Part shown: piece by piece, positions 27,789-37,712 of the stretch
How positions within the stretch are numbered: position 1 is the first letter of the stretch
Layout of the letters: the number at the start of each line of letters is the position of its first letter
From: Candidatus Falkowbacteria bacterium
Lineage (GTDB): Bacteria > Patescibacteriota > Patescibacteriia > Patescibacteriales > WJLG01
Length of the DNA stretch: 64,000 bases
Direction of reading: 5' to 3'
NCBI GenBank assembly: GCA_963747695.1
Contig: CAVVFV010000001.1
Span: 36,466-100,465, forward strand
Position numbers and translations under genes: made by a program
Notes under the pieces: model-generated
What the model was told of the DNA's origin: nothing
Databases searched by the model: none
What the model saw: the letters and a program-made list of their open reading frames with translations, nothing else

Positions 27789-28103
27789 ATGAATAGCTAT
27801 AATTTCGACAAAACCAGCACCGATCTCTTCCGGGCGATCTTGAACCTGAAGACGGTCGGAGAAGCGGAGAAATTTTTTCGCGACCTCTGCACGGCAGAGG
27901 AACTTGATGAGCTGGGAGAAAGATGGCAGATCGCCAAGCTTTTATCCGGCGGAGTTTCTTATCGTGACATCGCTCAAAAATTGAAAGTAAGCACGACTAC
28001 GGTGAGCCGGGTCGCCGCCTGGCTTAATAATGGCGCCGGCGGATATAACTTGATCTTGAAACGCTTAAATGGCCATCATCGCAATTCAGTCTCAACCGGG
28101 TAA
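27789..28103 (+). CDS. TrpR-like YerC/YecD family protein
   Basis: LFRAILNLKTVGEAEKFFRDLCTAEELDELGERWQIAKLL..GVSYRDIAQKLKVSTTTVSRV. Confidence 0.75.
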   Translation: MNSYNFDKTSTDLFRAILNLKTVGEAEKFFRDLCTAEELDELGERWQIAKLLSGGVSYRDIAQKLKVSTTTVSRVAAWLNNGAGGYNLILKRLNGHHRNSVSTG

Positions 28104-28198
28104 GAATTGCTTTGATTTGTCATAAATGAACTCAATTCTCTCCCGGGTGGGAGAGTTTTTTGTTCTTTAATCTCAATCCTTTAGAAAAGGGGTGGCCT

Positions 28199-29122
28199 AT
28201 GCAGCGGTTGATCGATTATTTTCAAAACGGCAGGTTGGCGGATGATCAAAACCGGTCATTCGGCGTGGAAGTTGAAACGCTTTTTGTCGATGCCGGCAAC
28301 CGGCCGATTTCTTTGGCGACTTCCCAGGCGATTTGGCGGAGTTTGGTGGAAGATTTCGGCTGGGAGGCGACGGAAACCAGGAAGGGAAAGTTGGTGGAGC
28401 TGGTAAAGAATGATTTTCATTTAATTTACGAATTGGGACGGCACAATTTTGAGATCACTACTCCCGCCGAACTGGTTAGCGATTGTGGGCAGCTTTTTCG
28501 GGCTTATCGGATGATCGAAACGGAAATTTTTTTGGCAGCGTCATCTTGTGGCGCTCGCCCTTTGCTCAAGGGCTGGGACGGATTCAGGAATAACACTTTG
28601 ATTTTACCTGACCGGCGCGATGAGATTTGGGTCGAATTAGACGGTTTAAAGCCGCTCAGTTTGCTGAGTCATACGGCCTGCATCCATTTTAATCTCGATT
28701 TGTGTTCGGTCGAGGAAGGTTGGGAATTTATGGCGAAGCTGAAGGAAAAATATCAGCAGCTCGGTTGGCCGAAACGCAGCAATGGCTGGGCCTGGCGGGA
28801 ATATCTCAAGACTTCCCGGGCCAATTATGAATCGGGCCGATATGGCTGGCCGCCCGCTAAATCCTTGGGCGGCTATTGTCGAAAGCTCTCGACCTTCAGG
28901 TTGGTCATGAATAAAAGGGCGGGAAGACTGTCCGTCGCCAATCCGGCAATGCCATTTACCCAAACTTTGGATCCGGACATCAATCTTTTTCTGCGTTCGG
29001 TCTGGTGGATATTCCGTCTTCGGGTAAGAGGAGGAAGATTAGTCCTGGAAATTCGGGACGTGCCCAGAGGGATTCCTTTGGAAGAGGCTTGGGGGATCAT
29101 TAAAAATACCATCGGTATTTGA
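28199..29122 (+). CDS. short GCS2-like carboxylate-amine ligase (second copy in window)
   Basis: SFGVEVETLFVD and IYELGRHNFEITTPA parallel the motifs of the 2693 gene. ATG 28199 follows aaaagggg. Confidence 0.5.
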   Translation: MQRLIDYFQNGRLADDQNRSFGVEVETLFVDAGNRPISLATSQAIWRSLVEDFGWEATETRKGKLVELVKNDFHLIYELGRHNFEITTPAELVSDCGQLFRAYRMIETEIFLAASSCGARPLLKGWDGFRNNTLILPDRRDEIWVELDGLKPLSLLSHTACIHFNLDLCSVEEGWEFMAKLKEKYQQLGWPKRSNGWAWREYLKTSRANYESGRYGWPPAKSLGGYCRKLSTFRLVMNKRAGRLSVANPAMPFTQTLDPDINLFLRSVWWIFRLRVRGGRLVLEIRDVPRGIPLEEAWGIIKNTIGI

Positions 29123-29138
29123 TCAATCCTTCATCCTG

Positions 29139-29171
29139 CCGGTCGGTTAGCAAAAAAAGCTAGCCGACTGG
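29139..29171 (+). other. 13-bp RNA hairpin between the GCS2-like and AstE/AspA-like genes
   Basis: ccggtcggttagc-aaaaaaa-gctagccgactgg. All 13 positions pair on the + strand if two G-U wobbles are allowed; they would be A-C mismatches on the minus strand. Confidence 0.5.
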
Positions 29172-29196
29172 ATTTAATCAACTAATTATTTAAGAT

Positions 29197-29904
29197 ATGA
29201 GAAAAAAGATCTTAATCATTGCGGCAACGCACGGTAATGAGCCGCTCGGCGTCGAAGTGATTGAAAAATTGAAAGGAAGAAAGTTGGAAAAATATTTCGA
29301 TTACCTGATCGCCAATCCCCGGGCTTTGGCAACTCGGCAGGAATTTATCGATGCCAATTTGAATCGCGTTTATCCGGGCAGGAAGAATTCACGCCTTTAC
29401 GAGGAGAGGCTTGCCCGCAATAACTTACGCTTGGCAAAAAAATATCGCTATATCATCGATATCCATGAGGCAAGCCAGGGTAAAGATGATTTTATAATCG
29501 TGCCGCGCGAAAATATTTCCCCAAAATTTCCTTTGCAATTTATCGATTTGCCCCGAGTTTTATTATGGCCCAACCCGAAAGGTTCTCTCAGTCAGGTTCT
29601 GGAAAATGCGATTGAGCTGGAATTCGGTTCGTTTAATCGCGATCGCGGCAGCCTCGTCGCCAAAGCAGAAAAAATAGTCGCGGATTTTATCGAAATCATT
29701 GCGGCGAATAAATGCCGGGAATTTTCCGCCAAGGAAAAATATTATGTTTACGGAAAGCTGATGGAAGGGGACTTTAGGGGCAGGATCGACGACTTAGTTG
29801 ATTTTGAAATTTATCAAAATGAAGGAGAATCCTTTTTGCCCCTATTAAGCCGGCAATATCTAAAATCCGGTATTATTTGCTACAAAGCGAGGCGGTGTGA
29901 TTAA
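29197..29904 (+). CDS. succinylglutamate desuccinylase/aspartoacylase (AstE/AspA) family zinc hydrolase
   Basis: IIAATHGNEPLG (HxxE zinc site), NPRALATRQEFIDANLNRVYPG, IIDIHE. Confidence 0.65.
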   Translation: MRKKILIIAATHGNEPLGVEVIEKLKGRKLEKYFDYLIANPRALATRQEFIDANLNRVYPGRKNSRLYEERLARNNLRLAKKYRYIIDIHEASQGKDDFIIVPRENISPKFPLQFIDLPRVLLWPNPKGSLSQVLENAIELEFGSFNRDRGSLVAKAEKIVADFIEIIAANKCREFSAKEKYYVYGKLMEGDFRGRIDDLVDFEIYQNEGESFLPLLSRQYLKSGIICYKARRCD

Positions 29905-29999
29905 TCGAATTACAATTGGCTGATATTAAAGTAAATTAAGACGAGTGAAGAAAATAATATCGGCACGCTAGATTATGCAAAGGTTAATTTTTAAAATCC

Positions 30000-30028
30000 T
30001 TGACTTATTTACAAGTATTTGATAAATT
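30000..30028 (+). promoter_or_regulatory. sigma70-like promoter upstream of rpsL
   Basis: TTGACT (30000-30005), a 17-nt spacer, then TAAATT (30023-30028). Confidence 0.45.
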
Positions 30029-30078
30029 ATAGGTAATCAATATCCCGATTAGTCGGGATTGTTTTAATAACACAAAAA

Positions 30079-30162
30079 ATTGTTATATTGTTATATTGCT
30101 ATATTGTTAGGAGCTCATAAATCCAACAATATGACAATATAACAATATGGCAATATAGCAAT
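30079..30162. repeat. family A ('caatat') long hairpin
   Basis: attgttatattgttatattgctatattgtt...aacaatatgacaatataacaatatggcaatatagcaat. The arms are nearly identical to the 26626 copy. Confidence 0.8.
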
Positions 30163-30171
30163 TTTTACGAT

Positions 30172-30591
30172 ATGCCAACTATCAATCAATTAGTCCGCAA
30201 GGGAAGACATAGCAAAAGAAAGAAGATGAAGTCGATCGCTTTGCATTTATCCAACGATACTTTGCATCGTAAGAAGACGGTTTCCGCCCATGGCGCGCCT
30301 TTTAAACAAGGTGTGTGTGTTAAGGTTACTACCACGACTCCGAAGAAACCGAACTCCGCGTTGCGCAAGATCGCCCGCGTCCGTTTGTCCAATGGCATGG
30401 AAGTTACCGCTTACATTCCGGGAATCGGCCACAATCTTCAGGAACACTCGATCGTCTTGATCAAAGGCGGCCGTACCAAAGATTTGCCGGGGTTGCGCTA
30501 CAAGATCATCCGCGGGATGTACGACGCGCAAGGTGTCGAAAATCGCCGCCAATCCCGTTCTCGCTATGGCGCGAAACGGCCCAAGGCATAA
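30172..30591 (+). CDS. rpsL: 30S ribosomal protein S12
   Basis: [12 protein letters not shown]...[10 protein letters not shown]... Confidence 0.97.
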   Translation: MPTINQLVRKGRHSKRKKMKSIALHLSNDTLHRKKTVSAHGAPFKQGVCVKVTTTTPKKPNSALRKIARVRLSNGMEVTAYIPGIGHNLQEHSIVLIKGGRTKDLPGLRYKIIRGMYDAQGVENRRQSRSRYGAKRPKA

Positions 30592-30781
30592 TAAATTTTT
30601 ATTTTTTAAATTTTTAAAGAATTTTTAAGCCTTAATTTCTAAATATCAGCTGGAATTTTAGATTTAAAAATTAAAAATTCCGATTTCTTTAAAAATTACA
30701 AAATTTAAAAATTAAATTGAACCATTACTTATTTCAAAATTTAAAATTCAAGTATAATAATAACAAATTCTATATAATACT

Positions 30782-31249
30782 ATGCGAGGAAAACAAGCTC
30801 CCAAAAGAAAAAAGGACGGTGACACAAAATACAACGATCCGAATATCGCCAAGTTTATTTGCTATATCATGAAAGATGGCAAGAAATCCATTGCGCAGAA
30901 TATAGTTTATGGCGCTTTTGAAATCATCAAGCGAGAAACCAAGCAGGATCCGCGCCATGTTTTCAACAAGGCGATGAAGAAGGTCGCTCCGCTTTTGGAA
31001 ACTCGTTCGAAGCGAGTCGGCGGCGCCAACTTCCAGGTTCCGGCCCAGGTTCGCGGTAATCGCCGCTTTATCTTAGGCTGCCGCTGGATTATCGCCGCGG
31101 CTGATGCCCGGAAAGCGCACGGCATGGGCGAGAAATTAGCTGCCGAAATTTTGGACGCGGCCCAGGGTTTGGGCGCAGCCGTTAAAAAGAGAGAAGACGT
31201 CCATCGCATGGCCGAAGCCAACAAGGCTTTCGCGCACTTCGCGCGATAA
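30782..31249 (+). CDS. rpsG: 30S ribosomal protein S7
   Basis: DGKKSIAQNIVYGAFEII...VGGANFQVP...REDVHRMAEANKAFAHF. Confidence 0.95.
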   Translation: MRGKQAPKRKKDGDTKYNDPNIAKFICYIMKDGKKSIAQNIVYGAFEIIKRETKQDPRHVFNKAMKKVAPLLETRSKRVGGANFQVPAQVRGNRRFILGCRWIIAAADARKAHGMGEKLAAEILDAAQGLGAAVKKREDVHRMAEANKAFAHFAR

Positions 31250-31258
31250 TTTATATAA

Positions 31259-31289
31259 AATGCCTTTTTGAAAGGGGCATTTTATTTTA
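31259..31289 (+). terminator. rho-independent terminator after rpsG
   Basis: aatgccttt pairs with aaaggggcatt (two G-U pairs), followed by ttttatttt. Confidence 0.55.
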
Positions 31290-31300
31290 AGAAAAAGAGA

Positions 31301-31383
31301 TTGCTATATTGTCATATTGTTATATTGTTGCGCAACGATAGTAACAATTTCGGCAATATAACAATATAGCAATATAACAATAT
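31301..31383. repeat. family A ('caatat') long hairpin
   Basis: ttgctatattgtcatattgttatattgttgcgcaac...cggcaatataacaatatagcaatataacaatat. It ends 6 nt before the fusA ATG. Confidence 0.8.
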
Positions 31384-31389
31384 TTTTTT

Positions 31390-33477
31390 ATGCCTCGAGA
31401 CTACGCCTTAGACAAAGTAAGAAATATCGGTATCATGGCTCACATCGACGCCGGAAAAACAACCTTTTCCGAGCGTGTGCTTTTTTATACCGGCAAGAAA
31501 CATAAGATCGGCGAAGTGCACGAGGGCGCGGCGGAAATGGACTGGATGGAACAGGAAAAAGAGCGCGGCATCACCATCACTTCCGCGGCCACGACTTGTT
31601 TTTGGAAAGACCATAAGATCAACTTGATCGATACTCCCGGCCACGTGGATTTTACCGTTGAAGTGGAGCGCTCGCTCCGCGTTTTGGACGGCGCCATCGC
31701 TGTCTTTGACGGCTCGCAGGGCGTGGAACCGCAATCGGAAACTGTCTGGCGTCAGGCTGATAAATACGGCGTGCCTCGTTTGTGTTTCATCAACAAGATG
31801 GATAAGATGGGTGCGGATTTTTATATGAGCTTGGAATCGATCCAGAAACGTCTTAATGATAAAGCAGTCGCAATCCAATTGGCGATCGGCGCCGAAGGAA
31901 CTTTTACCGGCGTGATCGATTTGATTGTGATGAAGGCTTTTAAATTTGAAGGAAACTTCGGTGAGAAAATAGTGGAAATGGAAATTCCGGCTGACTTGAA
32001 AGAGAAAGCGGAAAAATATCGCGTTGAATTAGTGGAAAAGGCCGCGGAGTGCGACGAAAAAACTACTGAAAAATATTTGGGCGGCGAAGAGATTACCGTT
32101 GAAGAATTAAAAGCCGCGATCAGAAAAGGCGTGATCGCCAATCAGCTTTATCCGGTTTTGTGCGGTACGGCTTTGCAGAATATCGGCGTGCAGCTGGCTT
32201 TGGATGCGGTGGTTGCTTATTTGCCTTCTCCGTTGGATGTGAAAGCTATCGTGGCTACCGATGTTGATGATTTGGAAAAGAAGATCGAAGTAAAAGTCGC
32301 TGATAATGAACCGTTCGTCGGTCTGGCGTTTAAGATCGCCACCGATCCTTTTGTCGGCAAGCTTTGTTTTGTCCGCGTTTATTCGGGAATTCTCGAAGCC
32401 GGCACTTATGTTTTGAATGCTAACACTGGAAATAAAGAACGCATCGGCCGCATCGTCCGGATGCACGCCAATCACCGCGAAGAAGCCGCGGATGTCTGTG
32501 CTGGAGATATCGCCGCCGTGGTCGGTTTGAAAGCCACGACCACCGGCAATACTTTGTGCGACGAACGCCGTCCGGTCCTTTTGGAAAGCATCGTCTTCCC
32601 GGAACCGGTCATTAAGATCGCGGTCGAACCGAAAACCAAAGTCGATCAGGAAAAGATGGGTGTTGCCTTGCAGAAATTGGCTGAAGAAGATCCGACTTTC
32701 CGAGTCGAGACTGATGAAGAAACCAACCAGACTTTGATCTCCGGGATGGGCGAATTGCATTTGGATATCATCGTTGACCGGATGCGCCGTGAATTCGGCG
32801 TCGAAGCTAACGTCGGCAAGCCGCAAGTATCTTATCGTGAAACGATCCGCAAAGAAGCGGAGGCGGAAGGAAAATATATCAAACAGTCGGGCGGACGCGG
32901 CCAATACGGCCATTGCGTGCTGCGCATGGAACCGAATGAAACCGGCAAGGGTTTTGAATTCTTGAATGAAACCAAGGGCGGCTCGATTCCTAGAGAATTT
33001 ATTCCGGCGATTGAAAAGGGCGTTAAGGAAGCTTTGAATCAGGGCGTGGTCGCGGGTTATCCGATGGTCGATTTCAAAGTCGCCGTCACCGATGGCAGCT
33101 ACCACGAAGTCGACTCTTCCGAAATCGCCTTTAAGATGGCGGCCATCATGGGTTTCCGCGAGGCTTCCCGCAAAGCCGATCCGATTTTGCTTGAACCGAT
33201 AATGAAAGTTGAAGTCGTTACGCCGGAAGAATATATGGGCAATGTGGTGGGCGATTTGAATTCCCGCCGCGGCCAGATCGATGAAATGTCCCAACGCGGC
33301 AATGCCAAGGTTATCGACGCCAAGGTGCCGTTAGCCGAAATGTTCGGCTACGTCACTGAATTACGTTCGATGTCCCAGGGCCGCGCCACTTCGACGATGG
33401 AATTTTTCGAATATAAAGAAGTGCCAAGGAATGTGCTGGAAAAGATCAAAGAAGGGAAGAGCGGGACGAGTAAATAA
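31390..33477 (+). CDS. fusA: elongation factor G
   Basis: [22 protein letters not shown], and full-length EF-G architecture. Confidence 0.98.
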   Translation: MPRDYALDKVRNIGIMAHIDAGKTTFSERVLFYTGKKHKIGEVHEGAAEMDWMEQEKERGITITSAATTCFWKDHKINLIDTPGHVDFTVEVERSLRVLDGAIAVFDGSQGVEPQSETVWRQADKYGVPRLCFINKMDKMGADFYMSLESIQKRLNDKAVAIQLAIGAEGTFTGVIDLIVMKAFKFEGNFGEKIVEMEIPADLKEKAEKYRVELVEKAAECDEKTTEKYLGGEEITVEELKAAIRKGVIANQLYPVLCGTALQNIGVQLALDAVVAYLPSPLDVKAIVATDVDDLEKKIEVKVADNEPFVGLAFKIATDPFVGKLCFVRVYSGILEAGTYVLNANTGNKERIGRIVRMHANHREEAADVCAGDIAAVVGLKATTTGNTLCDERRPVLLESIVFPEPVIKIAVEPKTKVDQEKMGVALQKLAEEDPTFRVETDEETNQTLISGMGELHLDIIVDRMRREFGVEANVGKPQVSYRETIRKEAEAEGKYIKQSGGRGQYGHCVLRMEPNETGKGFEFLNETKGGSIPREFIPAIEKGVKEALNQGVVAGYPMVDFKVAVTDGSYHEVDSSEIAFKMAAIMGFREASRKADPILLEPIMKVEVVTPEEYMGNVVGDLNSRRGQIDEMSQRGNAKVIDAKVPLAEMFGYVTELRSMSQGRATSTMEFFEYKEVPRNVLEKIKEGKSGTSK

Positions 33478-33483
33478 TTTTAA

Positions 33484-33566
33484 ATTGTTATATTGCTATA
33501 TTGTCATATTGTTAAAAGTTTTTTTTCGTTGCGCAACAATATAACAGTATAACAATATAGCAATTG
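33484..33566. repeat. family A ('caatat') long hairpin
   Basis: attgttatattgctatattgtcatattgtt...gcgcaacaatataacagtataacaatatagcaat. Confidence 0.8.
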
Positions 33567-33612
33567 CAAATATGTTGACGCAAAACACTTTTCAGTTTAA
33601 AATAATATCATT

Positions 33613-34242
33613 ATGAAAAGTCAATTAGAAAGAGCCATAAATTTAGCTGCCCATACCGGCGATAAGATCATCGTTGTTGATGAAATGAACGACCGGAGTT
33701 CGGTGGTGATGAATCTTGACGACTACGAAAAGCTGTTAAACGGCCAAAGTAAGGGCAGAAATAGCGTGAAAAACTTGACAGAAGAGGAGTTGCTTGATAA
33801 GATAAATCACGACATTGTTTCCTGGAAAGACGCCAATTCCGACCGGAATTTTTCTTCAGAAATTCCCGGATTAAATGACGACTGGGAGGACGCTGAACCT
33901 GAAAATTTTGCCGAAGAAGAAAACGATTTATCCGATGAAGACGATGAAATAATGCCTGATTTTGTTCCGCCCGATTTCGGCGCCGAAGATGATCTGATTC
34001 CGGAAGAAAAAGAAACAGAGCCGATTAAAATCGAAGAGCCGGTATCCGATCAAGCCAAGGCAGACGAGGACGAGAATGTCTATTACTATCATGAACCCTC
34101 CTCCGCTGAAGCTACGGAGGGCAAGCCGGAAAATGAGAAAGAGGAAAGCGGTTTCACGAGCATCAAAGATGAATTGAAAAACCGCAAGCACTGGGAAATC
34201 CCCGAAGAAGTAAAGAAATCCGCGGAAGATGTCAGAATTTAG
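33613..34242 (+). CDS. hypothetical acidic protein (209 aa) inserted between fusA and tuf
   Basis: The N-terminus KIIVVDEMNDRSSVVMNLDDYEKLL is faintly Phd/YefM-like. The rest is D/E-rich low complexity. Confidence 0.45.
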   Translation: MKSQLERAINLAAHTGDKIIVVDEMNDRSSVVMNLDDYEKLLNGQSKGRNSVKNLTEEELLDKINHDIVSWKDANSDRNFSSEIPGLNDDWEDAEPENFAEEENDLSDEDDEIMPDFVPPDFGAEDDLIPEEKETEPIKIEEPVSDQAKADEDENVYYYHEPSSAEATEGKPENEKEESGFTSIKDELKNRKHWEIPEEVKKSAEDVRI

Positions 34243-34290
34243 TCGATTAGTTAATTAGTCGCTTAGCTGTAAAGTAAAAGGATTAAAATA

Positions 34291-34650
34291 ATGCTATCGT
34301 TTATGGAACGGGAAAGAATGACAAGTTTTTCTGAGGACGTCCAGAGAGAGCATAATAAATTGGATAATTTGAAAAAAAGAATCGGCGATTGTGATAATAT
34401 CGATGATTTCCATGATGTTCTGTTGGAATGTGGAGATGAATTGTTGAAGAGTAATATAGAGTCGGTGCAGACATTTTTACGAGGTTTGTATGATTCTGAC
34501 AATCGGAAAAGATTAAGAGAGTCCTTGAAAGCAGGAGACGAAAGCATTTTTGAATATTTTCCGGTACATTTGGGAGTCCGCGATAAGGTTAAGGAATTAA
34601 CATCGAAAATGATTAAAAAGTTTGAAAGTTTAGATAATAAGAATATTTAA
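34291..34650 (+). CDS. hypothetical protein (119 aa)
   Basis: ORF only; no homology recognised. Confidence 0.4.
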   Translation: MLSFMERERMTSFSEDVQREHNKLDNLKKRIGDCDNIDDFHDVLLECGDELLKSNIESVQTFLRGLYDSDNRKRLRESLKAGDESIFEYFPVHLGVRDKVKELTSKMIKKFESLDNKNI

Positions 34651-34785
34651 TAATTTATAACCACAACGGCTGGTCCCTCTGGGGAAAACTCGGATTCAAA
34701 AATTAAGAAGAGAATCGAATAATTTTTATTCTTCTCTCTTATCTCTTAATTCTTAATTGAATTCCGGGGTCGTGTAATCAAAAAA

Positions 34786-35973
34786 ATGGCGGAAAAATTT
34801 GAACGCAAAAAGCCGCACGTCAACGTCGGCACTATCGGCCACGTCGACCACGGCAAGACAACTTTAACTGCGGCGATCCTCGCGGTTTTGACTGCGAAAG
34901 GCTTTGTTGCCTCGCACAAATCCGTTGATCAGATCGATTCGGCTCCGGAAGAAAAAGCCCGCGGTATCACCATTAACACGGCTCACGTTGAGTACGAATC
35001 AGAAAACCGGCACTATGCTCACGTCGATTGTCCGGGTCACGCCGATTATGTGAAGAACATGATCACCGGCGCCGCCCAGATGGATGGCGCGATCTTGGTG
35101 GTGGCGGCGACCGATGGTCCGATGCCGCAAACCAGAGAACACATCTTGTTGGCCCGCCAAGTCGGCGTTCCCTACATTGTCGTTTTCTTGAACAAGTGCG
35201 ACATGGTGGAAGACAAAGAATTGATCGATTTGGTCGAGGAAGAAATCCGCGATCTCTTGAAACAATATGAATTCCCCGGCGACACCACTCCGATCATCCG
35301 CGGTTCGGCTTTGAAAGCTTTGGAAAATCCGACCGGCGAATGGGGAGAGAAAGTTTATGAACTTGTGAAGACTTTGGATACCTATATTCCGGAACCGAAG
35401 AGAGACGTGGATAAACCGTTCTTGATGCCGATCGAAGACATCTTCTCGATCGAAGGTCGCGGCACCGTCGTGACCGGCAGAATCGAGCGCGGCACTGTCC
35501 ATATCAATGAGGATATCGAGATCGTCGGTTTGGGCGAAACCCAGAAGACCGTGGTCACTGGCATTGAAATGTTCAACAAGTCGTTGGACGAAGGCCGGGC
35601 GGGCGATAACGCCGGTATTCTCTTGCGCGGCACCAAGAAGGAAGAAGTCGAGCGCGGCATGGTTTTGGCCAAGCCGGGTTCGATCACTCCTCACACTGAA
35701 TTTGAAGCCGAAGTTTACGTGCTGACCAAGGAAGAAGGCGGACGCCATAAACCGTTCTTCAAAGGCTATAAACCGCAATTTTACATCAGAACCACGGACG
35801 TGACCGGCGAAGTCGAATTGAATGCCGGAACTGAAATGGTTATGCCTGGCGATACTGCCACCCTGAAGGTCAAATTGATCGCTCCGGTCGCCTTGGAAGA
35901 AAAAATGAAATTTGCTATTCGCGAAGGCGGCAAGACCGTCGGCGCGGGCAACGTTTCCAAGATCATCAAATAA
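34786..35973 (+). CDS. tuf: elongation factor Tu
   Basis: [31 protein letters not shown]. Confidence 0.98.
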   Translation: MAEKFERKKPHVNVGTIGHVDHGKTTLTAAILAVLTAKGFVASHKSVDQIDSAPEEKARGITINTAHVEYESENRHYAHVDCPGHADYVKNMITGAAQMDGAILVVAATDGPMPQTREHILLARQVGVPYIVVFLNKCDMVEDKELIDLVEEEIRDLLKQYEFPGDTTPIIRGSALKALENPTGEWGEKVYELVKTLDTYIPEPKRDVDKPFLMPIEDIFSIEGRGTVVTGRIERGTVHINEDIEIVGLGETQKTVVTGIEMFNKSLDEGRAGDNAGILLRGTKKEEVERGMVLAKPGSITPHTEFEAEVYVLTKEEGGRHKPFFKGYKPQFYIRTTDVTGEVELNAGTEMVMPGDTATLKVKLIAPVALEEKMKFAIREGGKTVGAGNVSKIIK

Positions 35974-36037
35974 ATCTAAGTGATTATTTTTTCTCCCTCG
36001 CAATTAGCGGGGGAGAAGGTAATGACCATTTAAAACA

Positions 36038-36150
36038 TGATGCGAACCTACGAATTGTTCGCGAATACTACGAATAGATTTAACGAATTACAATAAAACA
36101 ATTCGATAAATAGTTCGCGGTATTCGCGTATAATTTGTAGTATTCGCATT
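36038..36150. repeat. family B ('gcgaat/attcgc') long hairpin, subfamily B2
   Basis: ctacgaattgttcgcgaatactacgaatagatttaacgaatt...aaatagttcgcggtattcgcgtataatttgtagtattcgcat. The arms recur at 57331-57563 and 61548-61652. Confidence 0.8.
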
Positions 36151-36170
36151 ATATTATAAAATCAATTAAC

Positions 36171-36533
36171 ATGCCTGAACCAAAAGAAAAAAAAGCGAAG
36201 AAAGCGGTTGAAGCTGAACAAGAAGTGAAGCAGAAGATCCGCATCAAGATCAAGGCTTTTGATCATAAGATAATCGATAAATCGACCAAGACGATCATCG
36301 ATACCGTGGAAAAAAGCAACGCCAAGATTTTTGGTCCGATCCCTTTGCCGACCGAAAAAATCAAATATACCGTTAACCGTTCGACCTTCGTCAATAAGGA
36401 CGCCAGAGATCAATATGAAATGCGCGTCCACAAGAGATTGATCGATATCGTTGAACCGACCGCCAAAACTGTTGAAGATCTGACCAACTTGAATCTGCCG
36501 GCCGGCGTTGATGTGGAAATTAAAATGGTCTAG
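36171..36533 (+). CDS. rpsJ: 30S ribosomal protein S10 (Lys/Glu-rich N-terminal extension)
   Basis: [25 protein letters not shown]...GPIPLPTEK...HKRLIDI. Confidence 0.93.
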   Translation: MPEPKEKKAKKAVEAEQEVKQKIRIKIKAFDHKIIDKSTKTIIDTVEKSNAKIFGPIPLPTEKIKYTVNRSTFVNKDARDQYEMRVHKRLIDIVEPTAKTVEDLTNLNLPAGVDVEIKMV

Positions 36534-36602
36534 TATTTAGTTTTAAGTTCATTTTTATAGATAAAGCCCGACTATTGTTTTTTTAACTCCCTTATTCAAG
36601 AA

Positions 36603-36690
36603 GTTAATTAGTCGATTAGTCACTTAGTTGAATAACTGATAATGTTTTTCAAATTGTAGACTAAGTACCTAATCAACTAATTAACTAATT
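36603..36690. repeat. family F ('cgattagttaattag') hairpin
   Basis: gttaattagtcgattagtcacttagt...actaagtacctaatcaactaattaac. The right arm is identical to 18040-18070. Confidence 0.7.
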
Positions 36691-36767
36691 TTAGGGAAAG
36701 TGTTTAAATGATAGTATTTGGCTGATTGAGGAGAAAAAATCAACAAACATTAGCACAAAATTGAATA

Positions 36768-36796
36768 TTGACTATTTTTTGATAATAAGTTATCAT
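36768..36796 (+). promoter_or_regulatory. sigma70-like promoter inside the rpsJ-rplC spacer
   Basis: TTGACT (36768-36773), a 17-nt spacer, then TATCAT (36791-36796). Confidence 0.4.
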
Positions 36797-36855
36797 TATC
36801 TTAGTCATTTTTTGTGAAATTGACCATTTGTTGAAAGGTCAGTTTTTTATTTTAG

Positions 36856-36968
36856 ATTGATGCTAATCCGCGAATGAACACGAATGCCGCGAAAACCGCG
36901 AATCGTTTCATTGAAAAGATATTCGCATTTTTCGCGGCATTCGCATCAATTCGTAGATTCGCATCATA
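36856..36968. repeat. family B long hairpin, subfamily B1
   Basis: ...cgaatgccgcgaaaaccgcgaat...attcgcatttttcgcggcattcgcatcaattcgtagattcgcatcat. It ends 4 nt before the rplC ATG. Confidence 0.8.
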
Positions 36969-36972
36969 TTTT

Positions 36973-37701
36973 ATGAAATTTATCGTCGGTAAGAAAATTG
37001 AGATGACCCAGATCTGGCAAGGAGAAAATGTCATGCCCGTTACCAAAGTTCAGGCCGGACCGTGTTTTGTTACTCAAATTAAAACTAAAGAAAATGACGG
37101 CTATGAAGCGGTGCAGATCGGTTTTGGCAATAAAAAAGAAAAGAACAGCAAAAAACCGCAACTCGGCCATTTGAAACAAGTTAAGGCCAAGGGAATTACC
37201 GAAAATTTTCAGTTTTTACGTGAATTTATTCCGGGAAAGGATAATAAGAATGCTTTTGAGATCGGCGATAAGATCGATGTCAGCGCTTTCGCTGCCGGCG
37301 ATATTGTCGCTGCGACCGGAGTTTCCAAAGGCCGCGGTTTTCAAGGCGTGGTAAAACGGCACGGCTTCCAGGGCGGCCGGAAATCTCATGGCAATAAAGA
37401 CCAATTAAGAATGCCGGGTTCCACCGGCGCGACCGGCGCGGGCCACGTTTTCAAAGGCACGAAAAAACCGGGACGGATGGGCACGGAAACGACTACCACC
37501 AAGAATCTGGAAATCATCGAAATCGATCAAGCCAACAATTTTTTATATGTTAAAGGCGGAATTGCCGGGGCGAGAAACAGCTTGGTGTTGATCCAGGGAG
37601 CCGGCGATATGATTCTCCTGAAACCGGCCGTTGAAAAAAAGGAAGAAATCAAGCCGGTGGAAGCAGCGGCTGAAAAGGAAGAAGTAAAAAGTAATAAGTA
37701 A
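36973..37701 (+). CDS. rplC: 50S ribosomal protein L3
   Basis: MKFIVGKKIEMTQIWQGENVMPVTKVQAGPC...GFQGVVKRHGF. The track's start at 36874 translates the hairpin repeat. Confidence 0.94.
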   Translation: MKFIVGKKIEMTQIWQGENVMPVTKVQAGPCFVTQIKTKENDGYEAVQIGFGNKKEKNSKKPQLGHLKQVKAKGITENFQFLREFIPGKDNKNAFEIGDKIDVSAFAAGDIVAATGVSKGRGFQGVVKRHGFQGGRKSHGNKDQLRMPGSTGATGAGHVFKGTKKPGRMGTETTTTKNLEIIEIDQANNFLYVKGGIAGARNSLVLIQGAGDMILLKPAVEKKEEIKPVEAAAEKEEVKSNK

Positions 37702-37712
37702 AAAGTAAAAAA

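Noticed and set aside
18816-36003. Many long antisense ORFs inside rpoB, rpoC, fusA and tuf (for example 32107-33294, 395 aa, and 34999-36003, 334 aa, both minus strand).
   Set aside because: They lie entirely opposite very well-supported conserved genes. Their translations are low-complexity (R/G/A/D-rich) with no recognisable motifs. They are typical shadow ORFs produced by codon bias on the sense strand.
35990-36017. The hairpin ttctccctcgc/gcgggggagaa after tuf as a rho-independent terminator.
   Set aside because: The stem is good (one G-U pair), but no T-run follows it on the + strand; the T-run precedes it. I left it uncalled.
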